Assembly (NCBI GenBank): GCA_965223425.1 | Contig: OZ245003.1 | Span: 1,120,001 to 1,184,000, forward strand | DNA: 64,000 nucleotides | Reading direction: 5' to 3' | Origin: Nitrosopumilus sp. | Lineage (GTDB): Archaea; Thermoproteota; Nitrososphaeria; Nitrososphaerales; Nitrosopumilaceae | In this document: one piece after another, positions 41,502-52,900 of the stretch | Position numbering within the stretch: position 1 is the first letter of the stretch | Layout of the letters: every line of letters starts with the position of its first letter | The notes under the pieces: model-generated | What the model saw: the letters and a program-made list of their open reading frames with translations, nothing else | Databases searched by the model: none | Told to the model about the DNA's origin: nothing | Made by a program: the position numbers and the translations under genes

Positions 41502-44060
41502 CTAGTTCCAAAAGAATTCGTCTAATCCTGTTTGTTTTGGTTTTCCCAAAATCGTATCAAAATCCAAATCCATTGATGATGTTATCTGCTCTAAAGTTGA
41601 TTCCATAAACTCCATGTATTTCTTGGAATCGATCTCTTCTTTTTTTGCCAATTCTGCAGGTTTTACACCTGGTTTATTTAGAGTTTTGATGTATGAGATT
41701 CTATCCCCTTTCTTTACCTCTCTTATTGATTCTAATTGTTTTGCAGCTCTGATGTGCTGTGGGATTGTTTTTGTGTATTCTGATGGTGCTTTACTCAGCA
41801 TTACATTGAATGTTAATTCTTCTACCGGTATCTCCCTTGATTCTACTTTTCCCCCACATATTGCAATCTTTTCTGAAATTTCTCTTTTTGCTTTTTCAAA
41901 ATCTTCCACTGTTTGAACTTTGGACAATACGTCAAGCAATTCAAAAAATAATTTTTTAATAAACGGTGGTGTGTGTGATTTTTTTCCTGTTAGACCCTTA
42001 ACATCTACCTTTCCAGTTTTTGTAACACCAAGATAATTTTTCTTTCGATTACTTAGTACACAATATCTGTATACTTTGTCAATTTCTAAATCTACCCCGT
42101 GATCCTTTTTTGCCTGTTCTATCACTCTTTGAACTTGCTCCTCGGTCGGTTTTCTGATAAATAATGAATCAGTGTCCCCATACAAAACTTCAATTCCAGA
42201 TTCTTCACATTTTTTAATTGTCTCTAAGATTGTATGTCTGCCAATAGCAGTTGTTGCCTCTGCTGCAGGAAGAAAATATAGCGGAAATATCTCTGCACCC
42301 ATCACACCATAACTAGCATTCAAAATTACCTTGAGTGCCTGGCTGATTACTGTATATTGCTGTCTTTGTTCATCAGTTAGCGTCTCTTTTTTTGATAAGC
42401 TCTTGTAATAATTTACTCTCAAATCTCTTAATGAACCAATAATTATCGATGTAAGCCCATTTCTCTTTGAACATGCCCAGTGATTCGTTTGTGGAATTGT
42501 ATTTTTTTTGCATTCTTCATGAGGACATCTTACAGTTTCATATGATAGATTTCTCACTTTAATGATACTTGGGTATAGGCTTGCAAAATCCATGACTATG
42601 ACATCAAAGTGAATTCCTTCTTTGGGCTCAATAACAAGGCCTCCTCTGTATTTTTTGTCTTTGATTACTGCATCTGACATTACACCCTCTGATCTTCGTT
42701 GAAGCTCTTCTCTTTTTGGAATCAGACAGTTTCTTTTTCTATGTTCATAGTATAGCAAACTTCTAATCCATTGGGATACCCCCACCCTTGCAATGTCATC
42801 AATTGGCATTCTTCCAATTCTTGCAATAATTACAAGCAGGTTCATCAACAAATCGCTGTTAAAACTGGTCAACTCGTACGTCAACAATGCATCGTTGTAA
42901 CAATAATTTGCAGTCTGATAGAGACTTAGTTCATCAAATTTTAGCCCATAATCGATCTTTTCCTTGCCTAACAGAGCTTTTGACACACTATTTAGTGAAA
43001 AATCTGTGTATTTTTGACTGAATGCGTAGATTTGAAATGAACGATTAGAAAATGCTCTATACAAATCAAGATGAACACCTTTCTTTAGTGTAGCAGAATC
43101 CCTCATCATGTAAAATGGATTTTCTGACTTTTTAATTCCAAGTCTTTCTGCTCTATTGTACAGATACGGCAAATCAAATTCATCTCCGTTGTATGTTACA
43201 ACAAATGGAAATGTTTTGATAATTTCAAACGCATCATGTATCATTTCTTTTTCTTTGTCTAAATCATAAAATACCACCTTAATGCCTTGATCTAACTCAT
43301 TTACTCCTTGTTCTGTTCCCTCTGTTTTGAGCACAAAAATTTGATCAAACCCATCACTTCCTTTGAGTCCAATCGCTGTTACCTTTTTTTCTGCAATTTT
43401 AGGATCTGGAATTCTGCCTACCTCAGCTTCAACTTCGATATCTACGCTTAATCTCTTAATTTTTGGAATAGGCTGGTTTAACAAATCTGCCCATTCTGAA
43501 ATAAATTTCTTAAATTGTTCTGCATCAACCATTGTTTCACTGTCAACCTTGTCCCACAGCAAACTTTTGAGTGCTAACTTAACTTCATCAGAAATTTCCA
43601 AATCATGTGGTTTTATTTTTCCATCTATAGCCTCATAATATTTTCCAACAATTAGTTTTCTGTCATAAAGATAGCTTTCATAATATTTGATATCTGATTC
43701 CCATGTTTCCATTACGTTTCTAATGCTCTTGTCACCTGTGGTGCCTCCAATTGCAAGAGGATCTGCTACTGTTATTTTTGACATGTCAATTTCCTTGTCT
43801 TTGATTAAATCATATTTCTGCACTGTTTTAATCTCAAGAACGTCGTCTCTTTCTTGAAGGAAACTTAATTCATCTGGAGCTAGTCTTGAATAACAATATG
43901 GTTTGTGATTTATTTCATCTTTCCACAAGAACAATTTATGAGATTCTGGCTCATAGAATTTCAAAACTGCTGATTTTGAACTGTTATCATATGTGGCTGA
44001 GACCAACATTGCCGGTGGCATTGATTCGATTTTTTCAGTTTCTGTAACGTTTGCTTGCAT
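41502..44060 (-). CDS. polB: Family-B DNA polymerase (PolB1 type)
   Basis: DIEV, YNGDEFD, DFASLYPS, KVILNASYG, YGDTDS. Confidence 0.98.
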   Translation of the reverse strand: MQANVTETEKIESMPPAMLVSATYDNSSKSAVLKFYEPESHKLFLWKDEINHKPYCYSRLAPDELSFLQERDDVLEIKTVQKYDLIKDKEIDMSKITVADPLAIGGTTGDKSIRNVMETWESDIKYYESYLYDRKLIVGKYYEAIDGKIKPHDLEISDEVKLALKSLLWDKVDSETMVDAEQFKKFISEWADLLNQPIPKIKRLSVDIEVEAEVGRIPDPKIAEKKVTAIGLKGSDGFDQIFVLKTEGTEQGVNELDQGIKVVFYDLDKEKEMIHDAFEIIKTFPFVVTYNGDEFDLPYLYNRAERLGIKKSENPFYMMRDSATLKKGVHLDLYRAFSNRSFQIYAFSQKYTDFSLNSVSKALLGKEKIDYGLKFDELSLYQTANYCYNDALLTYELTSFNSDLLMNLLVIIARIGRMPIDDIARVGVSQWIRSLLYYEHRKRNCLIPKREELQRRSEGVMSDAVIKDKKYRGGLVIEPKEGIHFDVIVMDFASLYPSIIKVRNLSYETVRCPHEECKKNTIPQTNHWACSKRNGLTSIIIGSLRDLRVNYYKSLSKKETLTDEQRQQYTVISQALKVILNASYGVMGAEIFPLYFLPAAEATTAIGRHTILETIKKCEESGIEVLYGDTDSLFIRKPTEEQVQRVIEQAKKDHGVDLEIDKVYRYCVLSNRKKNYLGVTKTGKVDVKGLTGKKSHTPPFIKKLFFELLDVLSKVQTVEDFEKAKREISEKIAICGGKVESREIPVEELTFNVMLSKAPSEYTKTIPQHIRAAKQLESIREVKKGDRISYIKTLNKPGVKPAELAKKEEIDSKKYMEFMESTLEQITSSMDLDFDTILGKPKQTGLDEFFWN

Positions 44061-44064
44061 TTTC

Positions 44065-44592
44065 TCACACAGAACTTTCGTATTTGCTAACTAACTCTTT
44101 TGCCCATCTTGCAATTTTTTCTTTATCTAGCTGAATCACTTCGACTTCTGCTTCTCTTAACAAGCCAAAATTCGTTTCAGGATATGAGTCAAGACAGACA
44201 AATTTTCTAATTCCAATTGTTATTGCCATTTTTGTACATTCTAAGCATGGAACAAACGTTGTATACAGTATTGCTCCTTTTATCCCTGCCTCAATTCCTA
44301 AGATTGCACAATGCAGTATGGCATTAGCTTCTGCATGATTACAAAGACATCTATCAAGTGACGCACCTGATTCAATTTTTCCCTCCATTCTAAGTTGGCA
44401 TCTTTTACATCCCCCCTCAAAACAATTTTTGATTCCGGGAGGGGTTCCATTATATCCGGTTGCCAGTTGTCTATGTTCTCGAACGATGACTGCTCCAACT
44501 TGTCTTGCCATGCAATTTGAACGAAGTTTTGCCAATTCTGCTTGCAACATAAAATATTCATCCCAGTTTGGTCTATCAAAAGAACTGCCCAC
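44065..44592 (-). CDS. dCMP deaminase family protein
   Basis: TGYNGTP, HAEANA, PCLEC. Confidence 0.95.
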   Translation of the reverse strand: MGSSFDRPNWDEYFMLQAELAKLRSNCMARQVGAVIVREHRQLATGYNGTPPGIKNCFEGGCKRCQLRMEGKIESGASLDRCLCNHAEANAILHCAILGIEAGIKGAILYTTFVPCLECTKMAITIGIRKFVCLDSYPETNFGLLREAEVEVIQLDKEKIARWAKELVSKYESSV

Positions 44593-44719
44593 ATCAATCC
44601 TGCTTGTCTGTTCAATATATGGATCGCGTTTTTTGAAATTTTATTTGCGATCAGCATTCAAATTAGTTTATACTAGCATATACACAAACTTCTTTAGTCT
44701 CTCTGCAAAAATCATTCTG

Positions 44720-44908
44720 ATGGCAAGCTATTCAGCTCAAGTAAACGTCATTCATAAAACATTTCAAAATGCTGTAAAAAGAGCAAAAACAAAACAATCG
44801 CTTAACAAAGCGTATAGCGTTCACAAAAAAGCTCATGAACGCATTTTGAAAACACACCTGCGTGAAGAGACTCGAATGATCAACAAGGCCAAGAAAAAAT
44901 TAGGATGA
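44720..44908 (+). CDS. Small basic hypothetical protein (62 aa)
   Basis: ATG at 44720 within the longer ORF; Lys/His-rich helical sequence; T-rich tract downstream. Confidence 0.75.
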   Translation: MASYSAQVNVIHKTFQNAVKRAKTKQSLNKAYSVHKKAHERILKTHLREETRMINKAKKKLG

Positions 44909-45229
44909 GCCTGATTTCACTTTTCCTTTTTTTCTAAAAACGCATATAGTGCTTTTTCTTTTTGCCATTTTTTTATATTCTTTTTTCACTTCCAACCCCA
45001 AATCAGCGATCACCTTTTCTTCTTTTGACAGTTTTTTTGATTTTTCTTCGCGTGTTCGTGTTTTAGACTTGTTTGGCGTTATATTTCACGATTTGCTTTG
45101 AGATTCAAAATTTTACCATTCTTCTTAATTTAAGAAATGGATCTTTTGTGTATGTAGATAGTTGAGTAATAGATAACATTTTGCTATACAAAAGCATAAA
45201 ATCAACAAATTCTGGTTTTTCTTTGTGGA

Positions 45230-46738
45230 ATGACTCAATATATTGAGAAAAAATATGTTCAAAAAAATTCTATAGAAAAACGAGATTATCAAGTAAACCT
45301 TGCAAACCAGGCTATTGATGAGAACTGCGTTGTAGTTTTACCTACCGGTCTTGGAAAAACTGCTGTAGGATTACATGTCATTGCAGAATATCTTTCAAAA
45401 GGAACCGGGGGTATTTTGTTTTTAGCACCTACTCGAGTTTTAGTTAACCAACATTATGAATTTCTAAAAGCAAATCTTACTTTAGATGATATTTCATTAA
45501 TTACTGGAGAAGATTCTGTCCCAAAGCGAACCAAGCTTTGGAATACCAGTATAATTTGCGCGACTCCGGAAATTACCAAAAATGACTTGGACAGACAAAT
45601 TGTATCTCCTGATCAATTCAATCTTGTGATCTTCGATGAAGTGCATAGGACTGTTGGTGATTATGCTTATTCCGGAATTGCAGAACGATTTGGAAATTCC
45701 TCTGTCAGAATTCTTGGAATGACTGCTACCCTTCCAAGTGAAAAAGAAAAAGCAACTGAGATCCTAACAAAACTCAAAATTTCAAGTGTGGTTGAAAGAA
45801 CTGAAGATAGTCCTGATGTAAAACCTTACATTCAAGAAATCAACACTGAATGGATTAACGTAGAGCTTCCCTCCGAATTAAAAGCAATTCAAAAATTATT
45901 GAAATTAGCATTAGACAAACGATATAACATTATAAGAAAAAACGGCATTCGTCTGGCAGAACAGCAATCTCTTTCTGCATTGCTTGGAATTAGGCAGTTT
46001 GTACTAAATCGGAATCGACGTTCTGCCAAGCCCCTCTTTGCTGCCATTAGAATTCATTATGCATTGAATATGCTTGAAGCCCATGGAATCACCCCCTTTC
46101 TAAAATTTTGTGAGCGTGCACAGGCAAAAAAAGGTGCAGGAGTAAAAGAACTCTTTGAGGTTGATCCTAATTTTACAAGAGCATTACATCTCGCTAAAGA
46201 AGCGCAATCCCACGGAATCGAGCATTCAAAGATTCCAAAACTAAAAGAAATAATTGAATCTGTTCCTGGCAAATCTCTAATCTTTACTAGTTATCGAGAT
46301 TCTGTTGACTTGATTTTCAATAAATTAAACGATATGGGAATTTCTGCAGGAATTCTAATTGGTAAAGCAGGTGAAACTGGATTAAAACAAAAGAAACAGA
46401 TTGAGACTGTACAAAAATTCAGAGACGGGCTCTTTCAAGTGCTGGTTGCAACACGTGTTGGCGAGGAGGGATTAGACATTGCCGAAGTAAACCAAGTTAT
46501 TTTTTACGATAACGTGCCAAGCTCCATTCGCTTCATCCAAAGGAGAGGCAGGACTGGACGCAAAAATACTGGTAAACTTGTAGTGCTTATTGCTAAAAAT
46601 ACAATTGATGAAAAATATTATTGGATAGGAAAAAGAAAGACGTCTATTGCAAAATCTATGGGGGCAAAGATGGCCCAAGTTCTTGAAAAAAACCAGGAAT
46701 CTAAATCCCAAAAAACAGGTCTGGATGTTTTTCTCTAG
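45230..46738 (+). CDS. Hef/FANCM-like SF2 helicase without nuclease domain
   Basis: LPTGLGKT, DEVH, TAT, EEGLDI, QRRGRTGR. Confidence 0.93.
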   Translation: MTQYIEKKYVQKNSIEKRDYQVNLANQAIDENCVVVLPTGLGKTAVGLHVIAEYLSKGTGGILFLAPTRVLVNQHYEFLKANLTLDDISLITGEDSVPKRTKLWNTSIICATPEITKNDLDRQIVSPDQFNLVIFDEVHRTVGDYAYSGIAERFGNSSVRILGMTATLPSEKEKATEILTKLKISSVVERTEDSPDVKPYIQEINTEWINVELPSELKAIQKLLKLALDKRYNIIRKNGIRLAEQQSLSALLGIRQFVLNRNRRSAKPLFAAIRIHYALNMLEAHGITPFLKFCERAQAKKGAGVKELFEVDPNFTRALHLAKEAQSHGIEHSKIPKLKEIIESVPGKSLIFTSYRDSVDLIFNKLNDMGISAGILIGKAGETGLKQKKQIETVQKFRDGLFQVLVATRVGEEGLDIAEVNQVIFYDNVPSSIRFIQRRGRTGRKNTGKLVVLIAKNTIDEKYYWIGKRKTSIAKSMGAKMAQVLEKNQESKSQKTGLDVFL

Positions 46739-46913
46739 TCATTGTATTGGTTTGAAATGTAGGTAATTTTTTTGTTTTCTCTGAATCATTTTGTTTTTTT
46801 ATTCTTGGTTCTATGGTGGATACTATCACTTTCAATAATTTGCGTGCAATTCAAACACAATACTTTCCAATTTCTTCAAGACTTTATTATCAATTATAAT
46901 GCGTAATGGCAGC

Positions 46914-49900
46914 TCATGTCTTGCACCTTGTTTTTTTCCTAATCATGTCTGCAGCGTATACTGGCATTGCGACATACATTCCTGCCAAGACGCCGATAGT
47001 CAAGGTGCCAAACAGTATCACCGAAGCATCAGAACCGGGATCTGCCATAGACATTATGCCCAACACGTATACTGCCGGTGTGATTGCAAGCTTTACCGTC
47101 TCCTTGAACAATGGATTTTCTCTTTGCAGATCCGCAATTGTGGGGGAGAACGTATAGTATGCCTTGTTAAAGCCATTCATGAATGTGGCACCAGACGCAG
47201 TAGAGAACAGTGTCTCGTCTCTTACCTCGCGCAGGAACTGGACCTGTGGTGCCAGCTCAGAGCCGTATGTGGCAGTGGCAATGAGGCACCCGCCATCCTC
47301 GATGCTGATTACACATATGCCATCCTGTAGGACGGTGCCTGGACCACACTCCCGTTCTGCTACTGGCTCCATATCTACTGGCTCCATATCTACTGGCTCC
47401 ATATCTACTGACTCTTCAGGTTCTGTTATTGAAGGTTCTGGCAAACCCACTGCCTCATAGATTGTCATGGTGGGATAATTTTTGTGGAACCATTCCTGGT
47501 AAGTTACATCATTATTGTACCTGTCAACGTAGAATTGTGGATCTTCGTTGGCAAAATCGGCCGGTTGGTCTTGCTGGACAGGTGGAGAATCACTCCTATC
47601 TTCTGGCACGGCCGGTTCTGATCCTGTGTCTGTGGCAGGCTCTTCTATTGGAACTTCAAATAACCTCTCATCGATACATGCATCCACGTTGACTGATTTG
47701 CTGTCTGTACTTACACTTCTGCCTTCCTGCGTGAATGCATTCACGCCGATATATCTCTCAGTTTTATGCATGGAACCTGTAAAATTCATGTATCCTGATA
47801 TGGTGCTGTCTGTTGGGGTCGCTTGATTTACACCCAGTTCTGTCGTACGGATGGAAACGGAGATGCCACTAGAACCAGGCCCTGCAATTATGCTGACTGT
47901 GCCGTCATTGCAGTTCCACGATATGGACTTTATGTAGATACTACTCTGCATGTTGCTAACATCAATGTTGATGCGGTTTCCTCCTCCTCCTCCGCCACCA
48001 CCACCACCACCACCACCACTGCCCCCGTTACTGCCACTAGATACTGAGACAGATGGCTGCATGTCTGTAACGTCTTCTGACTTGTCTGTTAGTAGTCTCC
48101 ATTCTTGCGTGCTTGTGTCTATAGGTTGAACTTGGTAAACTGCATAGGTTCTGGGGCGATTCAGATCCCCATTCTCGTCAAGAGAGTAATCACCAAGCGC
48201 ACCGACGGTCTGTGTTGCAACGGTCGGAATGGCATCTACAACAGATGAAAATATCCTGTAGTGTACTGCCTTTATAGAATTGCCAATCAGGTGTACTGCA
48301 TCATAAGCTGAGAATGAATATGTCGCAATGGACAGGCCCTCGCCTCGTATACGTGCAGATAGCTCAGAGTTGATGGGATTGCCCTTGACATCAAAGATGG
48401 TTGCAGTAAGACCCACACGGGCCGCAATTGGGCCTGCAACAGGATCGGTTACTATGGTGTGGCTGTTTGTAACGCCGTCTACGCCATACCACTTGACATC
48501 AAATGCCTTGTGTGCATCAGCGCCACTGTCCATCTCTTTGACTAGATTGACAAACTCCGTCTCAAATCCTACAAACAACACTGCAACTACAGATTTATCA
48601 TGAGGCGAAAGTATCTCAGACAACTTGGCTGCAATGGCTGGATAATCCGGTTCATCAATGTCATATTGTATGGTCGATGCAATGCTGCCCTCGTAATTGG
48701 AATCCCTGGCGGCATCAAGTATGCCGTTGCCATACGTGTCATTTCTGCTTATGATGACAAGATGCGTCTTGCCGTCCTTGTTTATTTGGGATATGATCTC
48801 CGGGGCTTGATAGGCATCTGCTGGCGCCAGGCGGAATATGTTGTCCTGTTTTGCAAGAGAGGGAGCAGTGGATGAATGCGAGACCATGACTGCGTCTGTG
48901 GCATATGTCTCAACGTATGATTTTAGCGCGGCCAAGTCTCTACTGGATGACGGTCCTACAAAATAAGAAACTCCGCTCCTTTCAAGATAGTATCCCGCAC
49001 CAAAGATGTAATCTTCATGTTTTGCCAGCAGAGATCGTTTTAACTGCAGCGAGGCGTCATCAGGTGCTGGTATCATGTACTGCCACCAAGTCTCACCGTT
49101 GGGATCATTTGCCAAGTCGGCATTGATTTCTTCTAGGTCTTTATCAAAAGTGTTCTCCATCAGGCTGATATTTGTGCCAACTATGGTTGCGTCTTCCTCG
49201 TCTGCAACATTTTCTCCAGTAGTGGCATTTATGACAAACAGGTAATATGACTGATCTGGTTTTGTGTCCGATATTGAATCAAAGTAGGATTGGGCTCCAC
49301 TATCTGGATTTAATCTAACGCTTTCATCAAAGTTGGTAATTGAGGTGCTAATTAGTTCTCTGAGTGCCTCCTGATTAACACTGTCCTCTTTGTCATAGAG
49401 TATGTCTTGCATGGCCACATGCGGCCTTGTGCTTGTGATGTTGCCTAGGACCAAACTTATCGGAGTGGTTGGATTTTGCTTGTTAAAGTCAGAAGCTGCA
49501 AATTTCATTGCACTAAAGCGTGCATATTCGTCAGATATGGGGCCAGACAGGTTAAGTAGGGCCCCAATGACGGTGTTTGTGTGTACCAAGCCTAAATCTG
49601 AAACATATGTGCCTATGCGCTCCCATCCATTGGGTTCTATTCCCCACACAGCATAACTTGTCTCCCTCGAGTCGCCTGCATCATTTAGTTCTACATCGCC
49701 CAACGCACCTTTGTAATCTGATGTCACTAATGGAATCTGTCTTTTTATCTCATCAAACCCTGCGCCGTTGGCTGCCTCTATTGCAAGTCCAAGTATTCTT
49801 ACGGTGTCATAGGATGCATATGTGTAGACATTTGGAGTGTCTATAATCCTTGGATCCTCAGATAAGCGCGTCTCTAGCTGTTGGTATCTCTCACTGGTTG

Positions 49901-52900
49901 GATCTGCATCAAATATGCATGACCTAAAGTTGGCATCTACCAGAAATTCAAAGATTGTGGGGTTATCTACAAGGGATTTACTTAGTATGTTGGCATCAGA
50001 ACCTATCCATTGCACAGTACGTAACACCTGATGTTCGCTAGCTTTTAGAATGAAATCTTTGGTTTCGTCAATTCCGATATACAACACTGCTACTTTGTCA
50101 CTGCCATGACTATCCACATATGTTTGCACTTTTTCACTTAGTTGTTGTGCCAGATCCGTAAATGTAGCATCGTAACAGCCGTCCCCGTCACATAACTTAT
50201 AGCTGCTCAGATCGTCTACGGTACCTCCAAGTTCCTTAAACTTTGATACTGCGCTATTGTGCAATCCATTACCAAACGGTCCGTCTCTCCAAACAGAGAT
50301 CAACACTTCTTTTCCATCGGATCCTAGCAGGTTGGCAATTACTGGTCCGTGTAAAGCATCGTCTGGTGCCAAACGAAATACATTGTCTTTCTCTATTGCA
50401 AGTGAGGGGGCAGTAGAGCAACAGCTGAGAAGCAACATGTCATTGACATCCACATAATCTCTTATCTTACTGACGCCGGAACTTGCAGAAGGTCCTGATA
50501 TGAGATTGATATTGTCATCATGAAATGACTCGATCAGATCCAAATAGGTGGCCAAAGGCGCGGCAGTATCTTTAATGTTTACATCTAATCTCCATTGTGC
50601 GTTTTTTTGTTCCAAGTACTCGTTAAAGTCATCTGCGGCAATCTCAGTAGCAACCTGTCTGTGTATGCCTGCCCCGTCATTTCTGCTTACTGGTACAAGT
50701 GCTCCAATGCTGATAATCTCTGTCCACTCCCCGTTGATCATCTTCCATGTGGCATACTGTCCATCAGCTAGATCGCCTGCAGCATTCAGCTCTGTGTTTC
50801 CTACCGCACCAATGTACTGTTTTGCCACATCTGGAAGCGTCTCTTTGATCGTAGTTGCATTGGTACTCTGAGATTCTAGAATCGATAGGCCCAAAAGCCA
50901 TACTGCATCATATTCAAAGTTGGTAAAAACGCTGGGCAGCCTTGCAAATTGGTTTACAAGTCGGTCAAAGTGTTCTCTTATCTCAGTTGTAATTTGACTG
51001 TCTGGTGCTTTTAGCTGAACTGCCACAAGATTCACCGTTGTGGCAAATGATTTTGCTTCTTCGTCATCTGCTACATTGGGAGACACGGTGTTCAGATCTG
51101 CCCCAAACCATCTTACATCATCTAGTATGTCTTGCTTACTGGACAGTTTGATAAACTCTACATTTTCACCAAATCCGATGTACAACACTGCCACCTTATC
51201 TGCGCCGTGCTCGTTGACCTGACTCTGTACGGCAGATGCAAGATCAGTAACAGGCTGAGTCAGGTTTGCACCAAAGTCGTAGCTTATTCTGGTATCTGCC
51301 ACGTTGTTATTGTCAAGACCTCCAAAGGATGTCCTGACTAGCCCCAGCAGATCATTAACCCATATGTTGTTGAGGCCGACAGGGACTACTGCCCTGATGC
51401 CGTCTTCATACATCAGGTTGGCTAGCTTGTTGGCATGATGGGTATGATCTGGGGCCACGCGGAACAAAGAGTCATCTTCTACTGCAAGCTGTGTGGTTAC
51501 GCTACAGCAGCTAACAAGAAGCATGTCGTTTTCATTTGCAAAATTCAGTATGCCTTCTGCTACACTGTCAATGGGAGGGCCGTCTACTATTTTGATGCCT
51601 GTCGAATTCAGTCCGGTTAGCGCCTCCAGTCCTGTACTTGGAGCAGTTGCTGTGTCATGTCTGTCCAGTGACAAGGACCAAGATGCACCTCGTTTTTTGA
51701 GGTACTCGTTAAAATGATTCATTGCAAGATCTGACACTTCACTCAACTCTTTTCCATAACCTGATGCGCCGCCTGTCAGCGGTGCCAAGGAGCCGATGGT
51801 GATGTTGCCTACAAGAGCGTCTTGCCTTTCTGTAAAGTAGTTCCAGTGTCCTGGTTGGAGCGGATATGTCTGGTCATCAAAAGCCTTTACCATAAGGGTA
51901 TTCGTGGCAGGAGTGTAACTATCGAGGAAAAATGGACCGTTGCTTATCACTGCATTACTCTTGTTTGTTATCCAGCTAATCGAAGATTCGTATCTGTCAT
52001 ATGCATATTGTAGATCGTCTGTATCTGTATCGTATACTTGAGATGGAATTGCATTTGTGTCATTAAAACTCTGAAGTGCATCCCTTATCAGATTTGAATC
52101 ACTGCTCTCAAGTAATGAGAGCCAAGGTATGCCCCTCTCGTTTGCCACAGAGTTTGAAAATGCCGCTGTGCCATCTAGTACCACCTTTTCCATTGCGGCA
52201 TAAATCTCCCAAGGAACGCTGCTCCAAAGCGATGCCTTGCCAACGATCTCTGCCTCATCCATGTTCCAATAGTCAATGTATACTTCTATGGCAGTGGCAT
52301 TAAGTACGTGAATTCCCTTGATCCTATCTGTGTCATCTGACACAATCTCTGCACTGTACTTTTTGAGATCCTCGGCATTTTCACTGTCATTGGAACCCCA
52401 TTCTGTTACAAAGTATAGCGAATAGAGAACATCCTTGATGTCCATTGGCTGCCCGTTGTGCCAGTTGCTAAATTCAAAATCAAATGTAACCTTACTTGCA
52501 GACTTGGTCTGAGATGGAACGTTATCCCATGTTTGATTGGCAGGATTCCACATAACTGCATTATTTGGGACGTCTAGCTGCCCGTCCGAACCTCTAGTCT
52601 CTACTTTCCATTCTGTTCTTACCGGAATCAGATCCCCTGTAAATGGATCCCTTGTGGTTGACGGATCCCGTAATATTTCCCAGATGTCCCTGCCGTATGC
52701 ATCACTGAATCCCAGAACTGGATTCCATGAACTTTGGGTAATATGCTTGACGCCTATTGTGATGTTATCATCATTATTATTGTTGGGATCATCATCTTCT
52801 ATGCTCACATTAATTGGGGTAAATCTGTTGGTAATTCCCAACCCTTGTGTGTTTATTATGCCGTTAATGCCCTCTTTTGCTATGTAATTGTCATTTTTAA

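Noticed and set aside
41502-44592. PolB plus deaminase as a casposon or provirus
   Set aside because: Cellular PolB1-type sequence among housekeeping genes, with no Cas1, capsid gene or terminal repeats
44429-44908. 159-aa ORF at full length
   Set aside because: The 5' part is antisense to the dCMP deaminase; the likely start is ATG 44720
47980-48030. CCA/CCT microsatellite as a regulatory repeat
   Set aside because: Encodes the poly-Gly linker of the giant protein
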